From positions 1,952,001-2,016,000 of the forward strand of contig CBDCMT010000001.1 of the NCBI GenBank assembly GCA_965219095.1: 64,000 nt of DNA, in the 5' to 3' direction. Of this stretch, positions 48,376 to 59,460 are shown in pieces (the first letter of the stretch is position 1; each line of letters opens with the position of its first letter). A program made the position numbers and the translations under genes. Below the pieces are notes generated by a model. It ran no database searches and was not told the DNA's origin. It saw nothing but the letters and a program-made list of their open reading frames with translations. Source of the stretch: Bdellovibrionales bacterium (lineage in GTDB: Bacteria > Bdellovibrionota > Bdellovibrionia > Bdellovibrionales > UBA1609).

Positions 48376-49137
48376 TCAGGATACAATTTCTTTTTGTTTC
48401 TTTTTATCCCCTAACTCTCTATAGATTTTTAATAAAAGCTCATTAGCTGAATCCCAAAGATCATCTTTATTAATTTTCTGTAAATAGGAGAGAGCTTTTT
48501 TAGGATTATCACAAGAAAACCACATCCATCCTAATTTAAAGAGGTCGATTTCATAATCGCTTTCATCCCCAAGCTTGATAGCTTTTTCGTAAAGAAGGGG
48601 ATCTTCCACAGACCATGCCATACGTTGTAACAAAACGGTGCTACGTATTTTTTTAGATTTATAAAGCTTCCAAAATTTATCTATAATTCTTTTTATCTCT
48701 TTTTTAGGTAGAAATTCGCTTATTCCGATACTCAGTTCGTTACGAAGTTCATGCTCATCTTTAATAACTAAATCAAAGAAAATATCAGAAACCCATTTTT
48801 TATTCTTACATTGTTTTGCATACTTTTTGAAAATACCTGTTGCATTATAGTTAAAAATTTCTCCGACTTTTCCATAGGTATCTTCACAAGATTTCATAAT
48901 CTTATCGCCCGCCTCAAAAAACTCTTTTATTAAAGATAGGCTCTCTTCAGGAGTAAGATCTGACTCTTTTAGACAAACAACATTGCTCATAAAAGTCATC
49001 CGCTTGTCATTTACTCTAAAATCAAGGGGGCTTCTTTTTTGTGTGCTGAACATATCTTTTGGCCTCATCTTTTTCCCTTTCTGTTTTGCAAGGTTTTTTA
49101 TCTGTTTTTCCATTTCCTTGTAATTATTTTTATGCAA
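48376..49137 (-). CDS. Hypothetical helical protein (DUF6880-like), probably truncated
   Basis: FFE....I...C.D..G.VGEIF...A..IF..YA..C pattern, recognised from memory; lies among IS debris. Confidence 0.45.
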   Translation of the reverse strand: MHKNNYKEMEKQIKNLAKQKGKKMRPKDMFSTQKRSPLDFRVNDKRMTFMSNVVCLKESDLTPEESLSLIKEFFEAGDKIMKSCEDTYGKVGEIFNYNATGIFKKYAKQCKNKKWVSDIFFDLVIKDEHELRNELSIGISEFLPKKEIKRIIDKFWKLYKSKKIRSTVLLQRMAWSVEDPLLYEKAIKLGDESDYEIDLFKLGWMWFSCDNPKKALSYLQKINKDDLWDSANELLLKIYRELGDKKKQKEIVS

Positions 49138-49248
49138 AAATTACAAAAAAACAAGTGTTTTTAGCTGTTTGTGCATTTTTCACATTCGACTAAATAAGGT
49201 ATTAAAATTATTGATATTACCCTATTTACAGGCTACACTACCCCTATT

Positions 49249-49500
49249 ATGAAGTCTTTAAATACCAACTTTATTGAGAACCTTAATTTTACCAGTTTTC
49301 ACCTCACAGAGCTAAGAAAATTAGGAGAATATAGAGGGAAGCAAGAGCTTTTTAGTAAGCAGTCAAAAGAAACACTTTTATCTCTTAAAGAGCACGCCAT
49401 TATTGAGTCTGTAGAATCCTCTAATCGTTTAGAGCAAATTATTGCTCCTAAGGAAAGAATTAAGAATCTTGTGGCAAAAAGCACTTCACCTAAAAATCGC
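49249..49500 (+). pseudogene. Fic-family protein N-terminal fragment
   Basis: LGEYRGKQELF..QS.E.L..L.E.AIIESVESSNRLE.I...PKNR, then fused to an ISL3 end. Confidence 0.75.
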
Positions 49501-49564
49501 TTTATATCATAACCTTGGAAAACTGCCAGAACCTCCGGGAACCCACAGATTCTTTTGAGGAGGC
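49491..49564 (+). mobile_element. ISL3 right-end fragment (74 bp)
   Basis: Matches the last 74 bp of the ISL3 copies (1 mismatch). Confidence 0.88.
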
Positions 49565-49789
49565 TAAATTTCTAAAAGTAAAAATCCAAACTTATACATG
49601 AAAATGTAGAATTAACTTTTGGAATTGGTATAACTCTAAACATTTCACTTTTATTCTTTTTAATATAAAAATAATTTAATAAAATGACCTGGATTAAAGG
49701 CTTGAAAATTGTGAAAAAAATTACTGGTCAGAACACTAGGTGGACTTAAAAATCCACCAGGGAGTCCTCTTATCTGCTCCATTTTGGAG

Positions 49790-49819
49790 TAGAATTCCAC
49801 CGAGAAATGGGACATCCTC
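49790..49819 (+). mobile_element. Second IS256-type right end
   Basis: 29/30 identical to 31944-31973. Confidence 0.7.
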
Positions 49820-49984
49820 CCTTATAATTGTCAAATTTCTAAAAACAAGAACATTGAAAGTACATTTTTTCGTGCCACTATATTATTTTTTTAAGAAAGT
49901 TTTGGTGGAATATGTACTTTAGAAAATTAAAATTTAAGTTTGTCATTGAAAAAACTTGTGTGAAAAAAATTAAAAATTAAAAAT

Positions 49985-50377
49985 TTAAAATATTTTTTTC
50001 GTTCTTTTAGAAAAATGATGATCTAAAGACAAAAACTTTCCTCCTCCAAGGAGGAAAAGAGCAAGTAAGCTGAGGGTATAGAGTAGAGGCAATTCTATTT
50101 TAGGGCTTCCAAAGGGGGTAAGTTTAAAAACTTCATGGGAGTGAGCTAAAAAAATGGCCATGAGCATAGTGAACATCATAATTAGAGAAGAAAGTCTGAC
50201 TTTGAGACCTATTATAAGGCATAAAGGAGCTATCACTTCACCAATGTATATTCCATAAGAGAGTACTTCGGGAAAGCCCCTTGTGATAAGTATTTCTTTA
50301 ATACCTGAAATACCATGGGTGAGTTTATGAAAGCCATGAGAGAATATCAGAAAACCTAAAGTAAGTCTTAAAATCAA
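49985..50377 (-). CDS. DoxX-family membrane protein
   Basis: LRL.LG.LIF.HG.HKL..GI.GI, YIGEVIAP...IIG...R, ELPLLY. Confidence 0.85.
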   Translation of the reverse strand: MILRLTLGFLIFSHGFHKLTHGISGIKEILITRGFPEVLSYGIYIGEVIAPLCLIIGLKVRLSSLIMMFTMLMAIFLAHSHEVFKLTPFGSPKIELPLLYTLSLLALFLLGGGKFLSLDHHFSKRTKKIF

Positions 50378-50864
50378 TTTCCCAAAGTTATCTTTTTTAG
50401 TGATAATTTTTCCTCTCCTTTTCTAAGCTTATTATGAAAGATAGTAAAGGAAAAGTAAATAGAAGTTTGAGTGTGTGTGTTGTAGTTTTCGAGAAAGGAT
50501 TTTGATCAAATAAGTGACGCAATGTAAAAGGAGCCATTTGATTTCTAAAAAGCTCTCTTTCTTAGTCATTAACCTTTCAAAGTAATATGACCTTCCTTTT
50601 ATCAAATTTTCTTTTTTAGAGTGATTTAAAGTTACAGCACAAAAAAATACCCTCGAAAAAGTTTTCAAAAGGATGGATTTTACTTCATACTTAAATTTTT
50701 TGTTAAAGCAGGTTTAAAGCCCTTCAACATGATGCTGTGCATTAAATCTATAGTGTATATAAAATTTTTTATTGTGAAATATGAAAAATTATTTTAAAAT
50801 GATTCCTTAGGGAATTTTTAAAAAAAAGTTATTGGAATAGAAATTAAAAAAGGAGAAAGAATTT

Positions 50865-52055
50865 ATGGCAAAAGAAACATTTAAGAGGGAAAAACCTCAT
50901 GTCAATATAGGAACTATTGGTCATGTTGATCATGGCAAGACAACATTAACTGCAGCTGTTACGTCTGTTTTAAGTGCTAAGGGTGGTGCAGAGAAAATGG
51001 CTTTTGATCAAATTGATAAAGCTCCAGAAGAAAAGGAAAGAGGGATTACTATTTCCACATCTCATGTGGAGTATGAAACAGACAAACGTCACTATGCTCA
51101 TGTAGACTGTCCAGGCCATGCGGACTATGTTAAGAATATGATCACAGGTGCTGCTCAAATGGACGGTGCTATTTTAGTTGTTTCGGCAACAGACGGCCCT
51201 ATGCCTCAAACAAGAGAGCATATTCTTTTAGCCCGCCAAGTGGGAGTTCCTGCTATTGTAGTGTTTATGAATAAAGTGGATCAGGTTGATGATCCTGAAC
51301 TTTTAGATCTTGTGGAACTTGAAATTCGTGAGCTTCTTTCTAAATACGAATTCCCAGGAGATGAAACTCCAATTATAAGAGGATCTGCACTTAAGGCTCT
51401 TGAAGGTGAGAAGAGCGAGATGGCTGATCAAGCGATTACAAAGTTAATGGAGGCTTGTGATAATTTTATTCCTGAGCCTGTTCGTGATGTTGATAAACCT
51501 TTCCTTATGCCAGTGGAAGATGTATTTTCTATTTCTGGACGTGGAACTGTTGTGACAGGTCGTGTGGAAAGTGGTGTTGTCAAAGTTGGTGAAGAGGTGG
51601 ATATTGTAGGTATTAAGAAGACGTCAAAGACGACGGTCACAGGAGTTGAAATGTTCAGAAAGCTCTTAGATGAGGGAAGAGCTGGTGATAACTGTGGATG
51701 CCTTTTACGAGGTTTGAAAAAGGATGAGGTTCAAAGAGGGCAAGTTTTAGCTAAACCAGGAACCATCACACCTCATAAGAAATTCAAGTGTGAGGCTTAT
51801 ATTTTAACAAAAGAGGAGGGTGGACGGCATACACCTTTTTTTAATGGCTATAGACCTCAGTTTTATTTTAGAACCACAGATGTAACAGGTGTGGTGACTT
51901 TAAAAGAAGGTACTGAAATGGTGATGCCAGGGGATAAAGTGGAAATGAATGCTGATTTGATCACTCCTATTGCTATGGATAAAGAGCTTCGTTTTGCTAT
52001 CCGTGAAGGAGGTCGTACTGTAGGTGCTGGAGTGGTTACTGAGATTGTTGAGTAA
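50865..52055 (+). CDS. tuf: Elongation factor Tu
   Basis: [37 protein letters not shown]. Confidence 0.99.
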   Translation: MAKETFKREKPHVNIGTIGHVDHGKTTLTAAVTSVLSAKGGAEKMAFDQIDKAPEEKERGITISTSHVEYETDKRHYAHVDCPGHADYVKNMITGAAQMDGAILVVSATDGPMPQTREHILLARQVGVPAIVVFMNKVDQVDDPELLDLVELEIRELLSKYEFPGDETPIIRGSALKALEGEKSEMADQAITKLMEACDNFIPEPVRDVDKPFLMPVEDVFSISGRGTVVTGRVESGVVKVGEEVDIVGIKKTSKTTVTGVEMFRKLLDEGRAGDNCGCLLRGLKKDEVQRGQVLAKPGTITPHKKFKCEAYILTKEEGGRHTPFFNGYRPQFYFRTTDVTGVVTLKEGTEMVMPGDKVEMNADLITPIAMDKELRFAIREGGRTVGAGVVTEIVE

Positions 52056-52085
52056 ACTTTAGCTGCCTGAAGGGTTTAGAAAAGG

Positions 52086-52161
52086 AGGGCAGTAGCTTTA
52101 GTGGTAGAGCAACGGACTCCAAATCCGTAGGTTGTGGGTTCGAATCCCTCCTGCCCTGCCA
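52086..52161 (+). tRNA. trnW: tRNA-Trp (CCA)
   Basis: Acceptor AGGGCAG/CTGCCCT plus GCCA; anticodon arm acgga-ctCCAaa-tccgt; GGTTCGAATCC T-arm; 76 nt. Confidence 0.95.
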
Positions 52162-52416
52162 TTCTTAAACAAATTGAAAGTCTCTGAAATAATTCCAAAT
52201 AGTAAGTATCAGAAAGAAATAAACAACAGTAGGTCTTGATCTAAGTCAGAAAATTTTGGAACATTTCAAAAGTTTGTGGCAAATTTATAACAAGGACTTT
52301 AAAATTTCAAAATAATGATGCCTAAAAAGAAGATCTAGAAAAGATATGATTTGATATTTTAAAAGCGACTTCTAGATGTGAAAATAGATGTGAAAAGCCA
52401 ACTATTTTGTTTTTCT

Positions 52417-53948
52417 GTAACTGCTCACCTACATTGTTCAGTTATCCCTAACTTTAGACCTGTTTTAAGATAAAAGTCTTGTTCTTACAGATTTTCTTTT
52501 AAATACTTTTTTCAAATGACAATAAATAAGACCTCCATCAGAAATGAGATTGAAAATATAAGAAGTGACTTTGATAAGTTTGCAAAGAAAGGTTCTATGC
52601 CTACTGAGATTTCTGTGATTGTTGAATCTCTCTTTAAGGTTGTGAACATTCTGATTGTTGTGCTTTTAGAAAAACAGGTTCGAAAAAATTCCAGCAACAG
52701 CGGTCTTCCTCCTTCGCAAGATTTTAGTCGTCAAGGGAATCGTAATAAGAAAGCTAGTGGGAGTCAGAAAAAGGGTTCTAGACTTGATAACAGTAAAGAT
52801 ACAAACAGTGAGGAGACTGTCTCTCCCTCAGAGTGTTCTCAGTGTGGGATGTGTTTAAAGACAGCAGAGGTAAAAAGCCTTGAGAAGCGTAAAAAGATTG
52901 ATATTTTTTATGAAATTCAGACCCATACTGTAACTTCTGAGGTTAAGGATTGTCCCTCATGTGGAGCTAGAAATAAAGGTCAATTCCCTAAAGGTATGAG
53001 TGGTCCTCTTCAGTATGGTGTAGGCATTAGAGCTTCCATCATCAATTTCATTATAGTTCAGATGCTGTCTTTTCAACGTGTTGGGGAACATTACATGGGG
53101 CTTATAGGTCGAATGATTTCTCCTGCAGTTATGTTGAGATACATTGCTGAATTAGGAGAGTTTCTTAAAAGTTGGGAAGAGCAGATGAAAGAAAAGATAC
53201 TTGAATCAGAGGTCATTCATGTTGATGAGACCTCTATGAGGGTTAAGGGTAAAAACTACTGGATTCATACTTATAGTTCAGGAGAATTAGTCTTGCAGTT
53301 TCTCCACCTTTCACGTGGAAGGGAAGCCATAAAAGATATTGGTCTCTTGGATAGATATGCAGGAGTGCTTGTGCATGATTGTTGGAGTCCTTACTTTTGT
53401 TATGATAAGATAACTCATGCTTTGTGTGTGGCTCACCTTTTGAGAGAGCTTAAATTTATAGAAGAAAGCAATGGATTCAAATGGGCTACAAATCTCAAAA
53501 AACTTCTTAAAGAGACTGTGGAGTTAGTTCATAAAAAAGAGTCAAGAGTTCTGACTCAAAAAGAGTACGAAACTCTTCAGAGAAGGTATAGGAGTATTCT
53601 TACAAAAGGCTTAAAAGAGCTTCCAGAATTTCCTAAGAAAAATGGCAAGAAAGGACGAATAAAGCATACACAAGCTCAAAACCTTTGGCTGCGATTTAAA
53701 AAGTATGAAGCAGAAATACTGTGTTTTGCTAAAAGAAAGAACGTAGATCCTACTAATAACAGAGCTGAAAGAGATCTAAGAATGACTAAAGTGAAAAAGA
53801 AAGTGTCAGGGTGTTTCAGAACAGAAGAAATGGCGAAATATTTTTGTCGTATTACCAGCTATGTTAAAACAATGAGAAATAGAGGGTATTCTTCTTTAGA
53901 AGCCATCTCTATGGCTTTAAATAAAAACTTACGAGAGTGAGCAGTTAC
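52417..53948 (+). mobile_element. IS66-family single-ORF element (ISBst12-like)
   Basis: TIRs gtaactgctcac / gtgagcagttac; no matching target duplication. Confidence 0.88.
52516..53940 (+). CDS. IS66-family transposase
   Basis: NSSNSGLPPS, CxxC zinc motifs, HVDET, VHD, LCVAHLLREL, TNNRAERDLRM.KVK.KVSGCFR. Confidence 0.92.
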   Translation: MTINKTSIRNEIENIRSDFDKFAKKGSMPTEISVIVESLFKVVNILIVVLLEKQVRKNSSNSGLPPSQDFSRQGNRNKKASGSQKKGSRLDNSKDTNSEETVSPSECSQCGMCLKTAEVKSLEKRKKIDIFYEIQTHTVTSEVKDCPSCGARNKGQFPKGMSGPLQYGVGIRASIINFIIVQMLSFQRVGEHYMGLIGRMISPAVMLRYIAELGEFLKSWEEQMKEKILESEVIHVDETSMRVKGKNYWIHTYSSGELVLQFLHLSRGREAIKDIGLLDRYAGVLVHDCWSPYFCYDKITHALCVAHLLRELKFIEESNGFKWATNLKKLLKETVELVHKKESRVLTQKEYETLQRRYRSILTKGLKELPEFPKKNGKKGRIKHTQAQNLWLRFKKYEAEILCFAKRKNVDPTNNRAERDLRMTKVKKKVSGCFRTEEMAKYFCRITSYVKTMRNRGYSSLEAISMALNKNLRE

Positions 53949-55838
53949 CTTTTAAGAACGAAGTTCTCTTGTATACTCAAGAGGCGTTTTAACAGGTATT
54001 TTATCGAGGGAGTTTTCCACAGTCATTAAAATACCCAAATTCCACGCTAAAAATGATCACTACTGGTTTTCATTTCTCTGAGAAGTTTTTTGTCAATAGC
54101 CTTTATGATATTTTCTTGAATTTTGCTTAGAGCAACTGTTCGAGACATTTGAATTTTTTTCTTTTTATCAGAAAAATAAACTTTGTACAGGTTCTCTAGC
54201 TCTTTTAATGCTTGAATTGGCGAAATATCCAAATTGTAGAGATGTAACTTTAATACGGAAAGCAGAAGATAAGATAAATAACAAATAAAAACATGAGCCA
54301 CTACTCTGTTGCAAAGCCAGTGTCGCACAGGATTTAAATTTGTAACTCCTTTTAAAATTCTGAAAGCTCTTTCTACGACATCTTTATCAAAATAAAATTT
54401 GACCATATCTTTACCAGAAATATTCTTTGTAGAAAATATACAGGAGTACCCATCAAATTCTTCTGCTTTTTTCAGCTCCCGATCCTTGATCTTTCCTGTG
54501 GGAGTTAGATATTTTTTCAGCCCCTCCTTAATGGACTTGTTTTGAGATAGACAGTTTTGAGCAGCAACTATCTCATCATATCTCGCCTCTCGAATTGCAT
54601 CCTTTCTTTTATGGTTGTAGCAGATTGCCAGTTTTCCTTTAACTTGGCCAAATGTATAATTCATGCTTTTAACGTAAAAAGTATTCTTGTTCAAAATTAC
54701 CCTATTTGAAACGTTTACTATAGAACCGGACTTTAAAAAATTTCGTACTGTCTTCTTCTCAACCTCTCTCATAGGAATTCCGCACAATGTATTCCAACCC
54801 AATTCCCCTGTAAGAAAGGTTTTTAGACGATGCTATACCTCGATCATACACCAATAGGCCAGAACGAAGATTGTATTCTGAAAAACTATTAACAAGTGCC
54901 GTCAATGTCCTGCTATCGTGAATGTTACCCTTAAAGGTCTTGTGAAAAACAGGAATCCCTTCTTCTTGAGTTACAGCAAGACCTATCTGAATCAGAGGAC
55001 TCTTCCTTTTCCCATCTTTGCTGTACCCTGGGTTACCTAGTTGACATTTACTTCCATAAAAATAAGTGTTAGTAACATCAGACAATTTTATTAGATGATA
55101 ACTTGTATTCTTTTTTAACATTTTCAAAAATACGTTTCTGCAAAGATGGAGCCTTGGATTCGTTAAGCTGATCGAGAGCTGAAAAAAGCCTTCTTTCAGT
55201 CAGCCCATCTAAGTTTAAAATGCTGTTTAAATCTGTTCGTTCATACCATGATGGCATATTATTGACGCTTCTGTAATCCAAGCAATGAGCATAGACCATA
55301 CTTAGTATTTCATCTGAATAATTGCCAAGAACTTCGGGAAGACCAACTTTTTTTGCAAGGGCATGAAGAACAATCAAGGGACCACTGATCTTAACTTTAT
55401 CGAATTGAATGTTCTCGGAAGATATAGAGATAACACGCTTATGATTCACTTCCTTTCCAAGATATCTCAAGTACTTCTGTACGACCTTGCCCTTGACCCG
55501 GACATTTTTCACCTCTGCTAAATAAGTGCTGCCTCCTCTTTTAATCTTCTTTATAAAACTCATAGTAGTTACCATTATGGTAACTACTTAAAAATAGAAT
55601 GGCAAGAGCTTTTCACAGAAAAAAAAGGCAATAACTCCATTTTTACTGGAAAATTTCTGTCTTATGGAATTTATCTTATGTTAGAGCAATGTAGTGATCA
55701 TTTTTAGCGTGGAATTTGGGTAAAATATAGTCCTTAGGATCCAATTCCACTTTCTTACAACTTTCCACAATAGTGTAAAGCATTGCTACTGTTTCAGATC
55801 CTCTCTGAGTCCTTGACTCAATGAAAGTTCTTTCTTCC
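53949..55838 (-). pseudogene. Classical IS66 TnpC C-terminal remnant interrupted by an IS1634-like element
   Basis: Joining 55838-55721 to 54026-53955 reads GRKNF..SRTQRGSETVAMLYTIVESCKKVELDPKDYILM. Confidence 0.7.
54034..55720 (-). mobile_element. IS1634-family element, transposase in three frameshifted pieces
   Basis: Perfect 30-bp TIR cccaaattccacgctaaaaatgatcactac; taaaata duplicated at 54027-54033 and 55721-55727; protein homologous to 29524-31041. Confidence 0.9.
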
Positions 55839-55880
55839 GTAAGTCGGTTATCTGACCGCCCTATCTGACTTAAATTTCTC
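55839..55880 (+). mobile_element. IS66-type end sharing its first 11 bp with the MITE arm
   Basis: gtaagtcggtt at the point where the TnpC remnant is cut. Confidence 0.5.
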
Positions 55881-56287
55881 TTATAAGTTTTTCTTAGAAG
55901 GAGGATTTTATGGAAGAAGGAATTAATTTAAAAGAGAAGATACAGCTTTGTCGAGAGGAGAGTTCCAATAAAAAGCTTATCCGCTACTTAAAAGCTTTTA
56001 AAAGAGAGATTCTAGGAAAACTACAAAGTCATAAGTGTAGACTTGACACAGTTAGTTAATAAAACATTAGGATTCTAGTTGATCTTGACAACAAGAAAAT
56101 CAAAGTCTACAGGTTTGAGTAGGAGTTAAGGTAAAGGTAGGGCGTGTTAAGTTAAGCTAGCTTTTTTGTTGATTTTTTCTTTTTTTTCTTCTTGATTTTA
56201 ATTTTAAAAGTGAATAAAATCAGTAGATTAGTGTTGTTTTATCTAGCCTTCCATAAAGTTAAGAAGCAAGGAATAGAGAATAGACTT

Positions 56288-56680
56288 TTGAAAAAAATAG
56301 AATCAAAAAACGCTAGAATGATCACCTTAAGCTTTGTCTTCTTTGGTGTAACGGCTTTTCTTATTGTACGTGTTATTTTTGAAAGTATGGCAGCAAGTTT
56401 TGGTTTTATAGGCAGGTATTGGGATCAAGCTCTTTTCCAGCATGGGATTCCTGTAGGAGCAGGACTTGTAACTTTTTTTATTCTTCATTTTACACCTAAG
56501 TACGTTAACTGGTGTGATGAGGTGTTATTTGAATTGTTCAAAGTGGTGTTTCCTTCTCGTAAAGATACTATAGCAATGTCCATTGTGTGTTCTATTTTGA
56601 TTTTACTTGCGGGTGTGATGTTAGGACTTTTTGATTTTTTAGCCACTCAGATTCTCACTATGCTTATTAATACAGGGTAA
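56288..56680 (+). CDS. secE: Preprotein translocase SecE (three-TM type); start uncertain
   Basis: EVLFELFKVVFPSRKDT; position upstream of nusG. Confidence 0.85.
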   Translation: MKKIESKNARMITLSFVFFGVTAFLIVRVIFESMAASFGFIGRYWDQALFQHGIPVGAGLVTFFILHFTPKYVNWCDEVLFELFKVVFPSRKDTIAMSIVCSILILLAGVMLGLFDFLATQILTMLINTG

Positions 56681-56686
56681 AGGTAA

Positions 56687-57223
56687 ATGGAAGAGAAGAA
56701 ATGGTATATTATCAACATTCAAGTAGGCTGTGAGGCGATTGCTAAATCAGCTATTGAGGACAAATTGAAAAGCAAAGGGATGGAAGATTCTTTTGGAGAT
56801 ATCGTTATACCTTCTGAGCCTTCTGTTCAAGTGGTCAAAGGTCAGAAGACCAAACGTTCAAAAAAATTCTTTCCTGGGTATATTTTTATTGAAATGGTGA
56901 TGAATGATGTGACATGGCATATGGTGAAGTCTTGCTCCAAAGTATCAGGGTTTGTCAGCTCTGATAGGACCAAACCTACACCCGTTCCTAAAGATCAAGT
57001 TCAGAAAGTTATGGAACAAATGGAGCAAGGTGTTCATTTAGAAAAGGGGCAGGTTGAATTTAGCCTTGGAGAGGAGGTTACTGTCATTGATGGGCCTTTT
57101 AGTAGCTTTAATGGCACTGTGGAAGAGGTGAACGAAGAAAAGCAAAAGGTCAAGGTGCTTGTGAGTATTTTTGGAAGACCCACTCCTGTAGAATTAGATT
57201 TTATACAGGTTGAAAAGAATTGA
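56687..57223 (+). CDS. nusG: Transcription factor NusG
   Basis: [33 protein letters not shown]. Confidence 0.97.
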   Translation: MEEKKWYIINIQVGCEAIAKSAIEDKLKSKGMEDSFGDIVIPSEPSVQVVKGQKTKRSKKFFPGYIFIEMVMNDVTWHMVKSCSKVSGFVSSDRTKPTPVPKDQVQKVMEQMEQGVHLEKGQVEFSLGEEVTVIDGPFSSFNGTVEEVNEEKQKVKVLVSIFGRPTPVELDFIQVEKN

Positions 57224-57292
57224 TAAGTGTTGTAAAACCTTGTAAGTTGGGTCTTTAGTATTAAAAGTAAGGAGAAATGAAGGGAGAAAAGT

Positions 57293-57718
57293 GTGCAGAA
57301 AAAAATAACAGGACAAATTAAACTTCAAATTCCTGCAGGAAAAGCTAGCCCTGTGCCTCCTGTAGGGCCTGCTTTAGGGCAACATGGTGTGAATATTATG
57401 GAGTTTTGTAAGCAATTTAATGCGAAAACAAAAGGACAAGGAGATATATTAACTCCTGTTGTCATTACTGTATTTCAAGATCGTTCTTTTATTTTTGTGA
57501 TCAAAACACCTCCTACGTCTGTTTTAATAAAAAGTGCTTTGAAATTAAAAAACGGTTCTAAAATGCCACAAAAAGATAAAGTGGGGAAAATTACAAAGGA
57601 TCAAATAAAAAAAATTGCAGAAACGAAAATGCCTGATTTAAATTGCCTTTCTTTAGAAAGTGCTATGAAGCAAGTTGAGGGGACAGCAAAAAGTATGGGT
57701 TTAGAGGTATTTTTGTGA
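57293..57718 (+). CDS. rplK: 50S ribosomal protein L11
   Basis: [23 protein letters not shown]. Confidence 0.98.
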   Translation: MQKKITGQIKLQIPAGKASPVPPVGPALGQHGVNIMEFCKQFNAKTKGQGDILTPVVITVFQDRSFIFVIKTPPTSVLIKSALKLKNGSKMPQKDKVGKITKDQIKKIAETKMPDLNCLSLESAMKQVEGTAKSMGLEVFL

Positions 57719-58401
57719 TAAAAAGCGTAAAAAAAATAAAAAGACAAAAAACTTTTTTAGAGATTGATGAAACAAAAAAACATTCTCTTACGGAAGCTTT
57801 AGAACTTTTGATGAAAAACTCTACAGCAAAGTTTGATGAAAGTATTGATATAGCTGTGAAGTTAGGGGTTAATCCCAAGCAATCTGATCAACAAGTAAGA
57901 GGGGCTTTAGATTTACCTCATGGACTGGGCAAGAAGGTGAGTGTCTTGGTTTTTGCTAAAGGGCAGAAAGAACAAGAGGCTGAAGAAGCAGGAGCTGATT
58001 TTGTGGGATCCGATGATTTGATTGAAAAGATTCAAAAGGGCTGGCTTGATTTTGATAAAGTCGTTGCGACTCCTGATATGATGGCCTCTGTGGCGAAAGT
58101 GGCAAAAATTTTAGGACCTAGAGGTTTAATGCCTAACCCTAAAGTGGGAACTGTTACTATGGATGTTAAAAGAGCTGTAAAAGCTGAAAAGAAAGGAAGG
58201 CTTTCTTTTCGTATTGATAAGGAAGGAATTGTTCATGCTTCATTGGGAAGAAAGTCTATGGGAGTGGAAAAATTAAAAGATAATTATTTATCTTTTTTAT
58301 CAGTTTTGAAAAAAACAAAACCCAGTTCCTCAAAGGGAGTTTATCTTAGAAAAATCTCTCTATCTCCTACGATGGGTCCTAGTATTATGGTTGAAGAGTA
58401 A
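57715..58401 (+). CDS. rplA: 50S ribosomal protein L1
   Basis: [29 protein letters not shown]. Confidence 0.98.
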   Translation: MIKSVKKIKRQKTFLEIDETKKHSLTEALELLMKNSTAKFDESIDIAVKLGVNPKQSDQQVRGALDLPHGLGKKVSVLVFAKGQKEQEAEEAGADFVGSDDLIEKIQKGWLDFDKVVATPDMMASVAKVAKILGPRGLMPNPKVGTVTMDVKRAVKAEKKGRLSFRIDKEGIVHASLGRKSMGVEKLKDNYLSFLSVLKKTKPSSSKGVYLRKISLSPTMGPSIMVEE

Positions 58402-58416
58402 AAAAAGGAAAAAGAA

Positions 58417-58941
58417 ATGGCTTTGTTAAAAGAACAAAAAAAACAATTGATTAAAGATTTGTCTGAAAAAATGTCAAAAAGCCATGCTATGTTTGTTGTG
58501 GACTTTAAAGGTATGTCTGTGGAAGAAATGACTGGTTTAAGAAAAAAACTTCATCCTCACTCTGAGATCAAAGTGGTCAAGAACAATCTTGCTAAAAGAG
58601 CTCTTTTAGAACACAAGGACATCAATGATATTTTAGGAGATGAAATCAAAGATACTAACGCTTTTGTGTTTTCTTATGGAGAGCATAATGAAACAGCAAA
58701 AAACCTGGTTGATTACAGTAAAGATATAGAAGTTTTAGAACTTAAATATGGGTTTTTTGATAACCAAAAATTAGATAAGAAAAAAATTAAATATTTAGCT
58801 AAGATTCCATCTAAAGATGAACTAAGAGTTCAATTGTTAGGAGTGTTCCAAGCTCCTATGAGAAAATTTTTAGGAACTCTTAAAGAAATCCCTTCATCTT
58901 TTGTTAGAGTTTTAGATCAATATAGGGATAAACAAAAATGA
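58417..58941 (+). CDS. rplJ: 50S ribosomal protein L10
   Basis: DFKG.SV..M..LRK, KVVKNNLAKRAL, LAKIPSKDEL. Confidence 0.95.
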   Translation: MALLKEQKKQLIKDLSEKMSKSHAMFVVDFKGMSVEEMTGLRKKLHPHSEIKVVKNNLAKRALLEHKDINDILGDEIKDTNAFVFSYGEHNETAKNLVDYSKDIEVLELKYGFFDNQKLDKKKIKYLAKIPSKDELRVQLLGVFQAPMRKFLGTLKEIPSSFVRVLDQYRDKQK

Positions 58942-58968
58942 ACAAAAAACAATTGGAGGAAAGATAAA

Positions 58969-59349
58969 ATGAATAAAGACGAACTTATTGAACATTTATC
59001 AAAAATGCCGGTAATGGAGCTTTCTGAACTCATTTCTTCTCTTGAAGAAAAATGGGGAGTAAGTGCTCAGGCTATGGCTATGGCTGTGGGTGTCCCTTCA
59101 GGAGCTCAAGTAGCAGGCGAGACTGGTGGAGAAGAGAAAACTGAGTTTGATGTGGTTTTAACTCAAGTAGGTTCTTCTAAAATCAATGTGATAAAAGAGG
59201 TACGTGCTATAACAGGCTTAGGCCTTAAGGAAGCTAAGGAGCTTGTGGAAGCAGCTCCAAAGCCGGTTAAGGAGGCTCTTTCTAAAGAAGAAGCTGAAAA
59301 AATTAAATCAGCTTTAGAGAAAGCGGGAGCTACAGTTGAAATTAAATGA
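58969..59349 (+). CDS. rplL: 50S ribosomal protein L7/L12
   Basis: [34 protein letters not shown]. Confidence 0.98.
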   Translation: MNKDELIEHLSKMPVMELSELISSLEEKWGVSAQAMAMAVGVPSGAQVAGETGGEEKTEFDVVLTQVGSSKINVIKEVRAITGLGLKEAKELVEAAPKPVKEALSKEEAEKIKSALEKAGATVEIK

Positions 59350-59400
59350 ATATTTTAACCCTTCTTTTTATGATAACTAAAGAGTTAAAAAGAGAGTGTT

Positions 59401-59435
59401 ATTTAGAAAGAGGTTTCTTTCTAAATGGTTTTTTT
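59401..59435 (+). terminator. Terminator/attenuator between rplL and rpoB
   Basis: atttagaaaga-ggtt-tctttctaaat followed by ggttttttt. Confidence 0.6.
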
Positions 59436-59460
59436 ATTTCTAAACAGGGAGTAATTTCTT

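Noticed and set aside
1449..49564. Recurrent 37-48 bp palindromic repeat as a CRISPR array
   Set aside because: Copies are dispersed rather than regularly spaced, match ISL3 termini, and no cas genes are present.
52162..56100. Prophage or integrative island at tRNA-Trp
   Set aside because: No integrase and no duplicated tRNA 3' end seen; the content is IS only.
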